Assembly: GCA_046290225.1 (NCBI GenBank)
Contig: JBKAGE010000051.1
Span: forward strand, 1 to 64,000
Length of the DNA stretch: 64,000 nucleotides
Source: Bradymonadia bacterium
GTDB lineage: Bacteria; Myxococcota_A; Bradymonadia; UBA7976; UBA1532
Direction: 5' to 3'
Shown here piece after piece: positions 19,304-27,348 of the stretch; position 1 is the stretch's first letter; every line of letters starts with the position of its first letter. The notes beneath the pieces are model-generated. The model saw only the letters and a list, made by a program, of their open reading frames with translations, had not been told where the DNA came from and searched no databases. Both the position numbers and the translations under genes were made by a program.

Positions 19304-20002
19304 ATGCATCGAGACGAAACCTCCAAGGGATTGCGGCGCCGCGACGCCCTTGCCGGCCTCGCCACCCTCGCCGTGGGCACCCCAGCGCTGGCCCCGGCGC
19401 TGGCCTCAGCGAAGCCCCTCACCACCACCCCTGCTGTCTCCGGCGAGCGACCGAGCGATGTGCACCCGCTCCTTGTGGGGCAGAAAATTCCCGATGTGAT
19501 GGCCCTCGACCTCGACGGCAAGGCTGTGAGCCTGCGGGCCCTCGCCGCAGAGCGGCACACCATTTTCGTGTTCTTCCGAGGAGGGTGGTGCCCGTACTGC
19601 ACACGGCAGATGAGTCAGCTCAAGTCCATCGAGGCGCCACTCAAGCAGGCGGGGTGGCAGATCGTGGGCATCACCGCGGAGCCCCTGGAGCGTTTCCAGA
19701 CGCAAGCGAGCAAGCTCGACTTGCCATACCGGCTCCTCGCCGACGATCAGTTCAAGGTCTCCACAGCCTTCGGGCTCACCTACAAGGTCAAGCCCCAGGA
19801 CATCGGCGGACCACCAGGCATCGAATATTGGCGGCAGCTCTACAAAGTGGGCCCCGAGGTCGACCCGGTGCTGCCCGTGCCAGCAGTCTTTGCCGTGCAC
19901 CCCAAAGGGCTGGTGCTGCACCAGTATGTCAACGTGGACTACACCGTGCGCCTGAGCGGCGAGGTGCTGCTCACCGTGGCCAAGGTATACGGACCTGCAT
20001 GA
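19304..20002 (+). CDS. Tat-exported peroxiredoxin-like (AhpC/TSA) protein
   Basis: Twin-arginine signal LRRRDAL; FFRGGWCPYC; LPVPAVF; YTVRLS. Confidence 0.85.
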   Translation: MHRDETSKGLRRRDALAGLATLAVGTPALAPALASAKPLTTTPAVSGERPSDVHPLLVGQKIPDVMALDLDGKAVSLRALAAERHTIFVFFRGGWCPYCTRQMSQLKSIEAPLKQAGWQIVGITAEPLERFQTQASKLDLPYRLLADDQFKVSTAFGLTYKVKPQDIGGPPGIEYWRQLYKVGPEVDPVLPVPAVFAVHPKGLVLHQYVNVDYTVRLSGEVLLTVAKVYGPA

Positions 20003-20721
20003 TGCGGAAGTTGTTGTGCGCGTTGATGCTGGTGTCGTCGTCTGCTTTTGCTCAAGAGGCCGCCACAGGTGAAAACTCTTCGGCGTCCGAGCCTGATGAG
20101 ATCACGCCTTCGGCGCCTGCCATTGAGCCGCGGCCGATCGACACGAACGCCGTGGCACCCACCACCGAGCCGGAGCCCTTCGACGAGGTCGTGCCCCGCA
20201 TGTTCGGGGAAGATCGCGCCGAGGTGATCCTCACCGAGTCGGTGGTGCGCCCTGATCGGTGGTGGCTGCAGGGCGGGGCTGCCGTGGCTATCTACGATGC
20301 GCGCCGCGAGGTGGCCCTGGTGCGCTGGAGCCCCGGCGTGCTCGGCGGCTACCGATGGACCCATGTGGGGGTCTTCGGCATGCTCGAGCTCGACCAGACC
20401 TTCGACTTCACCCTGGAGACCGAGCGCCTCGATGTGGCCAACATCGGGGTGGGCATCGAGACTCTGGGGTTCTTGGGTCACGTGCGCAGCAGCTTCGCCG
20501 TCGGGGCCAGCGTGCTGCTCTCCGACACCGCCATCGACGAGGCCGGTGAGGTGGGCTGGTTCATCGATATGCGCCCAGGGGGTTTGCGGTGGGCCCTCGG
20601 TGAGCAGACCCTGCTCGAGCTGACGCCCATCGCTTTCGATGTCATCGTGCCGGTCATCGAGGGGTTGCCCCTCATCGTGCTCTCGTACACCACCGTGCTC
20701 ACCGTGGAGTTCAATCTATGA
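19999..20721 (+). CDS. Probable outer-membrane beta-barrel protein
   Basis: ATG 19999 overlaps the upstream stop; signal peptide ..SAFA; amphipathic strands; C-terminal VEFNL. Confidence 0.6.
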   Translation: MMRKLLCALMLVSSSAFAQEAATGENSSASEPDEITPSAPAIEPRPIDTNAVAPTTEPEPFDEVVPRMFGEDRAEVILTESVVRPDRWWLQGGAAVAIYDARREVALVRWSPGVLGGYRWTHVGVFGMLELDQTFDFTLETERLDVANIGVGIETLGFLGHVRSSFAVGASVLLSDTAIDEAGEVGWFIDMRPGGLRWALGEQTLLELTPIAFDVIVPVIEGLPLIVLSYTTVLTVEFNL

Positions 20722-21848
20722 GCGTACGGACTGGAAGGTGGATGGCGGCTGTGTGCGCGCTGGCTGTGTGGGCGAGCGCGGGAGCGGCGTGGGGTTTTCA
20801 GATTCTCACGCCGGCGAGCGAGCCATGCCACGAGCGGCTGATGCTCGGCGCCCTCGATCTCGCCTCGGCGCCGTTCTCTGCAGAAGACGACACCTCGCTG
20901 GCGCCTCTGCTCGACACGATGGTGGCCGAAGTGGAGCGTCACGGGTTCCCCAACGACAAAGCCACACGGGGGTTCGTCCGGGATGTGGCGGAGCTCTACG
21001 GCTTCGAACATCTCACTGGGGCTCGGCGCTATGTGGTGGCCTCGTTCATCATCGGCGTGCGGGCACCTGATACCGATGGCTTTGCGGTCGTCCAGCTCAA
21101 CGAGGTGCGCACCACGCACATCGATGACGACAAACAGGGTGTGCACTCTTTGAGGCGGTCGTTCGATGACGGCCCTGAGGGGAACCTCGAGGCCATCGTC
21201 AACACCCAGGAAGAGCTCAAGACCAGGTTTGAAGAGATGTCGGCGTTGTGGCGTGCCGATGATCCGTTCATCAAGGCGCGGTGGACCTTCCCGTTCTACG
21301 GAGAGGCAGAGGTCTGGGTGTATGGCCCCGCCATGCGCCTCGGAGAGATGGCCCACACCACACAGGACGCCTTCACGCACACACTGCGAGATGCAGATCT
21401 GCAGATCGTCACCGTGCTCAACTTCGTCGATCCCGTGCTCGCCCGGGACAAAGAGGGCCGCGACGGGCTGCCTCACTCCGATCGACTCGACGAGTGTGAT
21501 GTCCCTGGTGATGACTTCGATGTGGTGCGCGTCACCGCGGCTCGCCTCGCCACCGTCGACCTGCTCAACGAAGCGTTCTTGGCCTTGGAGGCTGCCCACA
21601 GTCAGGGCGGCCCTGTAGATGGCGCGGCGCTCGATCCGGCCTTGGGGCGTATCTATCGGTACCGCCCGGGGTGCGAAGCCAGCAACGCCTACTGTGACAC
21701 CACCTGGCTCGGCCCTGCGCGAGAGGGCTTCACCGAGCCGATCCGTCTCTGGTTCTGCAGCGCCCGAGCAGCGACGCCGTTGCCGATGTCGATGTGGATC
21801 CTCGTGTTGTCGTGCTGTGCCCTTTACCTGCGCAGACAGAGACGATGA
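20718..21848 (+). CDS. Secreted Zn-dependent phospholipase C/P1-nuclease-like protein with MYXO-CTERM-like tail
   Basis: Signal peptide ending AWG-F; CHE, HSLR, LGEMAHTTQDAFTH; C-terminal FCS..hydrophobic..RRQRR. Confidence 0.6.
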   Translation: MSVRTGRWMAAVCALAVWASAGAAWGFQILTPASEPCHERLMLGALDLASAPFSAEDDTSLAPLLDTMVAEVERHGFPNDKATRGFVRDVAELYGFEHLTGARRYVVASFIIGVRAPDTDGFAVVQLNEVRTTHIDDDKQGVHSLRRSFDDGPEGNLEAIVNTQEELKTRFEEMSALWRADDPFIKARWTFPFYGEAEVWVYGPAMRLGEMAHTTQDAFTHTLRDADLQIVTVLNFVDPVLARDKEGRDGLPHSDRLDECDVPGDDFDVVRVTAARLATVDLLNEAFLALEAAHSQGGPVDGAALDPALGRIYRYRPGCEASNAYCDTTWLGPAREGFTEPIRLWFCSARAATPLPMSMWILVLSCCALYLRRQRR

Positions 21849-22756
21849 AGTGCACACTCGTGCTGATGCTGCTGGTGGTCTTCGGCGGGCCATCCTCCGC
21901 GCAACGGATGGTCGAGGGTCCCGCCATACTGGATTACAGCTACTACCCAGCGGTGGTTTCTGAGCAACCTGGCGATGACCAGCCTCGAAGCCACAGGCAC
22001 CTGCAAGAGATCTTCGCGGCTGTGGGCTTGCCGGTGGTGCACAAGAGCTCGAAGACTCTGATCTTCCCGGCGCTGCAATACTCTGTGCTCTTGCCAGAAG
22101 ACACTGGGAACACACGGGAGTTGGACGCTCTGCACAACCCCATGTTGCAGGTGCTCGTGGTGCATGAACTCTCGGCGTCGTGGCAGGGCATGCTCATCGC
22201 TGGCGGCGGGCTGGCCTCTGATCTCGGTGGCAAAGTGACCGCTGACGACTGGATGTACCGTGTCAGCGCTTTGGCGAGTTATCAGTTCAATCCCGACTTC
22301 CGCCTCGGCGCCGGGGTGGACTATGACCGTCGCACCGGCGAGTTGAGACCTCTGCCCCTCGTGGCGCTCGACTGGCACTTCTCGGAGACACTGCGCCTGA
22401 GCGGCGTGGTCCCTGCTCGGGTGATGTTCGCGTGGAGGGCGGCGCCCTCGCTCACCATGGCCCTCGCCGGCAGCCTCACAGGGAACCGTTACCACATAAG
22501 CGAAGAGCGCGTGGGGGTAGAAGACGCCGAGCTTGCTTACTCCATGGCGCGGGTGGGCCCGACTGTCGTGTGGCACATCCATCCGATGCTGCACTTCAGG
22601 GCACAGGCAGGCGCTACGATCCTGCGCCGATACGAGGTCTTCATCGGCGACGAGCGGCGCGGCGACGGCAGTCTCGACAACGGCCCGTTCTTCGGGGTGA
22701 GGCTCAGGGTGGGCCCGAGTGGCTGGCGCTCGGACGCCCCCGAGCCCATGTTTTGA
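21845..22756 (+). CDS. Outer-membrane beta-barrel (DUF6268-like)
   Basis: Start MKCTLV overlaps the upstream stop; GGLASDL, RLGAGVDY..G..PLPLV..DW, GSLTGNRY pattern. Confidence 0.6.
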   Translation: MKCTLVLMLLVVFGGPSSAQRMVEGPAILDYSYYPAVVSEQPGDDQPRSHRHLQEIFAAVGLPVVHKSSKTLIFPALQYSVLLPEDTGNTRELDALHNPMLQVLVVHELSASWQGMLIAGGGLASDLGGKVTADDWMYRVSALASYQFNPDFRLGAGVDYDRRTGELRPLPLVALDWHFSETLRLSGVVPARVMFAWRAAPSLTMALAGSLTGNRYHISEERVGVEDAELAYSMARVGPTVVWHIHPMLHFRAQAGATILRRYEVFIGDERRGDGSLDNGPFFGVRLRVGPSGWRSDAPEPMF

Positions 22757-22815
22757 TTGTCAGACCTCTATAAAAACGCTATCCCACAACGCATTACGAT
22801 GTGTGGAGGTGTGAT

Positions 22816-23556
22816 GTGAGGCACATACTGAGCCTCTTGGCTCTCGTGGTCTGCATGACCACGAGCGCGCTCGCTGCAGACCATTTCGACGGCCCACAGA
22901 CCAGTGATGATCCGGTCGGTGACATCGCCGACTTCTATGTGTTCCCTGTCGAAGACGGCAAAGGGGGCACGCGGCTGGTCCTCATGCTCAACACCTTCCC
23001 TCGGGCAGGCAAAGAGGCGTGGTTCTCCGATGCCATCACCTATGGATTTCGGCTGAGGCCCAGCTGGCTCGAGAAGACCGACATCGGGGTGGCCACGAAG
23101 GTGAGCGACCGGGAGTTCCGGCTCGCATGCAACTTCGACATCGACACCGCGGACACCGAGAAGCTGGCGATGCTCGCCACGTGCACGCTGAGCGAAGGTG
23201 ATCGGCTGGTCGCAGTGAGCACCGTGCCTGTTGATGCGCTCGGCGGTGGCGAGGCGCCCTCGTTCAAGGTCTTCGCCGGTCTACGTGCCGATCCGTTCTT
23301 CACTGATGCCATCCGCATCCGTTTGCCCCGACCCCGCCATGACAGCCTGAGCCGTCTCATCTCTACGGGGAACAGCATGCGTCCGGCGTACTCCGCCGTG
23401 GGCGTGAATGCTGGTGGGCCCCGCTCCACCCGTCGCGAGGTGCCCAACGTGCTCAGCATCGTGGTGGATCTCGACGTCAAGGCCCTGCTCGGTGACGCCG
23501 GCCCCACCTTCGCCGTCGTGGCCGAGACCCGCCGTCGTGAAAGGGGAGTTCAGTGA
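22816..23556 (+). CDS. DUF4331-family secreted protein (N-terminal-type half)
   Basis: GGAGG then GTG 22816; signal peptide then ADHFDGP..DIADFYVF; KVFAGLRADPFF; NVLSIVVDL. Confidence 0.75.
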   Translation: MRHILSLLALVVCMTTSALAADHFDGPQTSDDPVGDIADFYVFPVEDGKGGTRLVLMLNTFPRAGKEAWFSDAITYGFRLRPSWLEKTDIGVATKVSDREFRLACNFDIDTADTEKLAMLATCTLSEGDRLVAVSTVPVDALGGGEAPSFKVFAGLRADPFFTDAIRIRLPRPRHDSLSRLISTGNSMRPAYSAVGVNAGGPRSTRREVPNVLSIVVDLDVKALLGDAGPTFAVVAETRRRERGVQ

Positions 23557-24353
23557 AAGCTGTGCGTTTCATGGTGTGTGCCCTGGCCCTCTGGGGCTGC
23601 GGTGAGTCCTCCTCTACAGACGGCGCTCAGGGTCTTGTGCCTCAGAGCCCCGAGTCGGAGACACCTCCTGATGGCAAGGCTGACGGGGTGCCAGACGAGA
23701 CACCGGACGACTTCGCGCCGTTGCCCTCGACGCAGATCGATCGCATGGGCCACGTAGAGGTGGGCCCGCTGATTCTGAAAGAGCCCGACATCGCCGATCG
23801 TTGGAATCAGGCAGAGCCCTTCGCCCTCGATCTTTCGGAGACCGACGCAAAAGAGTTCGAGGAGGCCCTGCGCTGGGGCCTGATCCGGTACGACCACTAC
23901 GACTCGTACCCATTGAGCGTCTTCGATCTGCGCCTCGATTTGCTGAAGGTGCTCGGCGAGCAGCGCGATCAGGAGATCCCCGATCCGGAGGTGCTCGACT
24001 GGTTCGACGATCTCGAGCAGCCTCACCCCCTGACCGAGGTCTACATGACCGACGCGTTGTTCGTAGACGTGTCGAAGCCTTGTCCTGCAGATGGTGGCTA
24101 TCTGGAGCCAGAGCTGGCCACCCTGGTGGGTCAGCCCTACGAAACCTGCGGCGGCCGGCACCCGAACGAAGACGTGATCGATGTCTTCGCGACGGTGCTC
24201 ATCAATGGCATCTGGGAGAGAGAGACCGAGGATCGGGGGGATGATCCCTATCCGCATCGGGGAGATACGGTCACCGAGCCTTATGCGCCGGCGAAGGCTG
24301 AGTTCCCATATCTCGCGGAACCCTATGATGGCTGGGAAGACGGCCTGTTCTAG
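23553..24353 (+). CDS. DUF4331-related lipoprotein (C-terminal-type half)
   Basis: Lipobox LWGC, GKADG linker; QIDRMG, CGGRHPNEDVID, FPYLAEP. Confidence 0.7.
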   Translation: MKAVRFMVCALALWGCGESSSTDGAQGLVPQSPESETPPDGKADGVPDETPDDFAPLPSTQIDRMGHVEVGPLILKEPDIADRWNQAEPFALDLSETDAKEFEEALRWGLIRYDHYDSYPLSVFDLRLDLLKVLGEQRDQEIPDPEVLDWFDDLEQPHPLTEVYMTDALFVDVSKPCPADGGYLEPELATLVGQPYETCGGRHPNEDVIDVFATVLINGIWERETEDRGDDPYPHRGDTVTEPYAPAKAEFPYLAEPYDGWEDGLF

Positions 24354-24374
24354 CTCCGCCGCTACGGCGGCGTC

Positions 24375-26129
24375 TCAGCGGTTGTGGTAGATGGTGCCGG
24401 CGAACCAGGTGTCGGCGGGGATCCAGCCGTCACCGTTGCCACCCCAGCCCTTGTTGATGTGGAACTCGTAGCGGGTCTCCACATCGTTCCAGCACCAGAA
24501 GAAGCAGCGGCGGACCGTGCGGGTCTGAATCCGGTACTTCCACGCCATCGGGTAGTGGGCCGAGGCGACGAAGCCCGTGCCGATGATGCTCGGGGTCTTG
24601 TTGTGGATGATGTGACCGGCGGCGATGCGGCGGATGCGATCCTCAGAGATGGTGAGCGCGTTGTAATCAGTGCTCAGCGTGGTCCCCGTACGGCCGGTCA
24701 AGTAGCGCCAGGCCTTGTGCATGTCCCAGGGGTTCGTCGCCGCCTGGTTGTTGATCACACAGTACGTGCCCATATGACGGGCGAGCTCCGAGTGCATCTG
24801 GCGCACGCCGTACTCGTTGTTTTCAGGCGCCACGGCGTCTGCACCGCGACCACCGTTCTTACGGTAGAGCCCCCAGCGGCCGGACCATTTGTAGTGTCCG
24901 TCAGCGGCCTTCTTGTCACCCCAACCAAAGAGCATGCCCCAGGCCACTGAGCCACAGCCGATGTAACAGTTGGCCGCCATGTGTTGATTATAGTGGCGCT
25001 GATCGTCAGATCGGCCCGCGGCCCACTCTGCAGTCGTGCGCCACTGATTGATGCCCATCTCGGCGAGATCCTCTTCGGTCACGGGCCGGGTGAAGAGCAG
25101 CTGGCGCGTCGAGCCCTGGTTGTGGTGGATCATGATCTCGATGTCGAGCTCTTCCTCGGTGAGCTCCACCAGGGTGATGTCGAGGCGACGACCACCAGGG
25201 CCCTCGACCTCTTCGACCTGCACCACATCGAGGCCCGGGCCGTCGATCTCATACTCCGCGCCGTCGACCAGGGGCACCACGAAGACCTCACCCGCCTTCA
25301 CACCCTCGCCGTAGTCTGCCACCAGATCTTCTACCTCCCACTCGTGGGCGGCGTTGTCCCGCAGAGCCTCAAGAGGTGCAGCGAACATCTCGGCGTACTC
25401 CGCCTTGAGATCCTCGAACCGCTCGAAGGGCTCGATGACCAGGCTCTGAGGATCTTCGCCCTCTGAGGTCAACTCGAAGCGCACACCATCCTCGGCGTCA
25501 GGATCAGAGGCCACCGGCTCGGCGCGGTGATGGACAAGGTTGGCTTCAGAGTCATGGTCGAGGCCGTACTGGCGCTGGGGCAGGTTGCCCAGCTGAGCCA
25601 CGACCTCACCCTCTACGCCCTCGGCGGCATAGGAGAGTACGTCGAGCTTGTAGAGTCGGGTGATGGCACCCTCGGCGCGCGCTGTCAGCTGGCGGCCCAT
25701 GGCTTCGCCCTCGGCGCTCCAGTGGGCCACGGGATGATCGTGGCGCCCGGTGGAGACGAGCACGAAGCCTGAGGGCTCACCCTCACGGAGCACCTCGAAC
25801 TCGTAGTAGGCCGGCCCTTCGACATCGGGGCGGAAGTAGACGAAGGCCTTTTCACCGAGGCGCGCCCCCTCAAACTCGCCGAGTTGCCGGCGCTGCTCCA
25901 CGAGGGTGGCTGCCCGCGCCCTCAGCCCATAAGGCACCGACTCTGCTGCGATGACCGTCTCGTCGGCCCGCAGCACATTGCGCACGGCGTGCACCTCGGC
26001 GAGCTCACCCTCACCTTCGATCTCACCACAGCCTGTGAGGGTGGCGGTGAAGCTCGAAGACAGGGCGACGGCGAGGGTGACGTGCTTGAGCCAGCGGCGG
26101 GCGGACAGACGGGTACGGGTGCTCCACAT
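24375..26129 (-). CDS. Lipoprotein papain-fold cysteine peptidase, C10 (streptopain)-like, with long prodomain
   Basis: Lipobox LTGC; prodomain GFVLVSTG..HPVAHWS; catalytic GCGSVAW, AHYPMA, INKGWGG. Confidence 0.7.
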   Translation of the reverse strand: MWSTRTRLSARRWLKHVTLAVALSSSFTATLTGCGEIEGEGELAEVHAVRNVLRADETVIAAESVPYGLRARAATLVEQRRQLGEFEGARLGEKAFVYFRPDVEGPAYYEFEVLREGEPSGFVLVSTGRHDHPVAHWSAEGEAMGRQLTARAEGAITRLYKLDVLSYAAEGVEGEVVAQLGNLPQRQYGLDHDSEANLVHHRAEPVASDPDAEDGVRFELTSEGEDPQSLVIEPFERFEDLKAEYAEMFAAPLEALRDNAAHEWEVEDLVADYGEGVKAGEVFVVPLVDGAEYEIDGPGLDVVQVEEVEGPGGRRLDITLVELTEEELDIEIMIHHNQGSTRQLLFTRPVTEEDLAEMGINQWRTTAEWAAGRSDDQRHYNQHMAANCYIGCGSVAWGMLFGWGDKKAADGHYKWSGRWGLYRKNGGRGADAVAPENNEYGVRQMHSELARHMGTYCVINNQAATNPWDMHKAWRYLTGRTGTTLSTDYNALTISEDRIRRIAAGHIIHNKTPSIIGTGFVASAHYPMAWKYRIQTRTVRRCFFWCWNDVETRYEFHINKGWGGNGDGWIPADTWFAGTIYHNR

Positions 26130-26269
26130 AGGGGCCTCTCTTTCATCGAAGGTGAAGGGGTCGCCGGTCTCACCCGGCGTTCACTTCTCCCTACGCGAGA
26201 GCCCGCGCTGTCTTTTTTCGATGACGTAAAAAAATCTCAACGAGGTGCTGAGAGGCCTCTCGTCACCCC

Positions 26270-27061
26270 TCAGGGGTGTGCCTTCTCGAGCAGCGCAATG
26301 CCGTCGATGAACGGCCGCAAACCGATGTAGCCGCTCAGTCTCCTGGTGGTGGCCAGGGTCTCGAGGACTGCGTGCCCGCCAGCGAGCCCGAAGTGAGCCT
26401 GTGGGAGTGATTGTGTAAAGGCGGTTTTACGAATGAGCGGGCTGAGCAGAGCCCAGGCATCTGATGCCTCGGTGAAGTTCGGGACGGGGAACCCATTCAA
26501 CTGTGCGCTACAGGGCGTCTGCAGCACCACCCGACCCCTGAGTGCCATTGGCTCGTCCATCGGGCGCCCAAGATACTGTCTGATCGTCAGCGCGCGCCCA
26601 TGAATCGTGGTGTGAGCCACCACACAAAACAACTCGATGAACGGTGCATGGTTGGACAAGAAGTCGTCCATTGCTGATCGGGTGTCTTCGGGGTGCTCTA
26701 CGTCGAGATCTTCGACGCTGATCGAAGGCGAGCTTGCCTCTGGCAGTTCTTTGGCGATCCGTTTCGAGAGCCAGAGAATGTGTGGCTCCACATCAAAGGG
26801 TTGAGCAAGCCAGTCTTCGCGTTTGGGTCTCCAATTCTTCGACCGAAACAGTCCCCGCATGCCGAGGTAGAGCCCTGCGATGCCTGTGATCAAGGCCAGT
26901 ATGGCCGCGACTGAGAAGACCGTCTTCATCCACATGCTCATTTTGAACTCGAAGATCACGAGCACGGCGACGGGTAACGCGCTGACTGCGGTGATGGTGA
27001 GGTTGATGCGAGCGCTCCTGAGGAGCTGCGCCCGTGTCATGGTCTTGACGTCTGCAGGCAT
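26270..27061 (-). CDS. Hypothetical membrane protein (two N-terminal TM helices)
   Basis: Likely start MPADV (27061); two hydrophobic segments; visibly lower GC than its neighbours. Confidence 0.55.
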   Translation of the reverse strand: MPADVKTMTRAQLLRSARINLTITAVSALPVAVLVIFEFKMSMWMKTVFSVAAILALITGIAGLYLGMRGLFRSKNWRPKREDWLAQPFDVEPHILWLSKRIAKELPEASSPSISVEDLDVEHPEDTRSAMDDFLSNHAPFIELFCVVAHTTIHGRALTIRQYLGRPMDEPMALRGRVVLQTPCSAQLNGFPVPNFTEASDAWALLSPLIRKTAFTQSLPQAHFGLAGGHAVLETLATTRRLSGYIGLRPFIDGIALLEKAHP

Positions 27062-27103
27062 CTGATATGGCCAATCACTCAAAAAGAGAGAGACCTTATA
27101 CAA

Positions 27104-27144
27104 AACACCTCTCCCTACCCAACACCTCTCCTTACCCAACCCCT
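27104..27144. repeat. 17-bp tandem repeat AACACCTCTCCYTACCC x2.4
   Basis: aacacctctccctaccc aacacctctccttaccc aacccct. Confidence 0.7.
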
Positions 27145-27348
27145 TCAAAGCCGTAATCCACGTATGCACATGCCCCGCGGAGGCGCGGAGGTGGTGGCAG
27201 TCGTCGTGAGGTCGGTGAGTTCTCGTTCAGATGCGGGCTTTCACCCGCAGGGGTAGCAGCGCTACCCCGAGGACGGAAAGGTCGTAGCTGGGCGGGAAAT
27301 CGCCGGCGTCACGGCGGCTGGCGCCGCCGCAGCGCCGGAGCTGACTGA

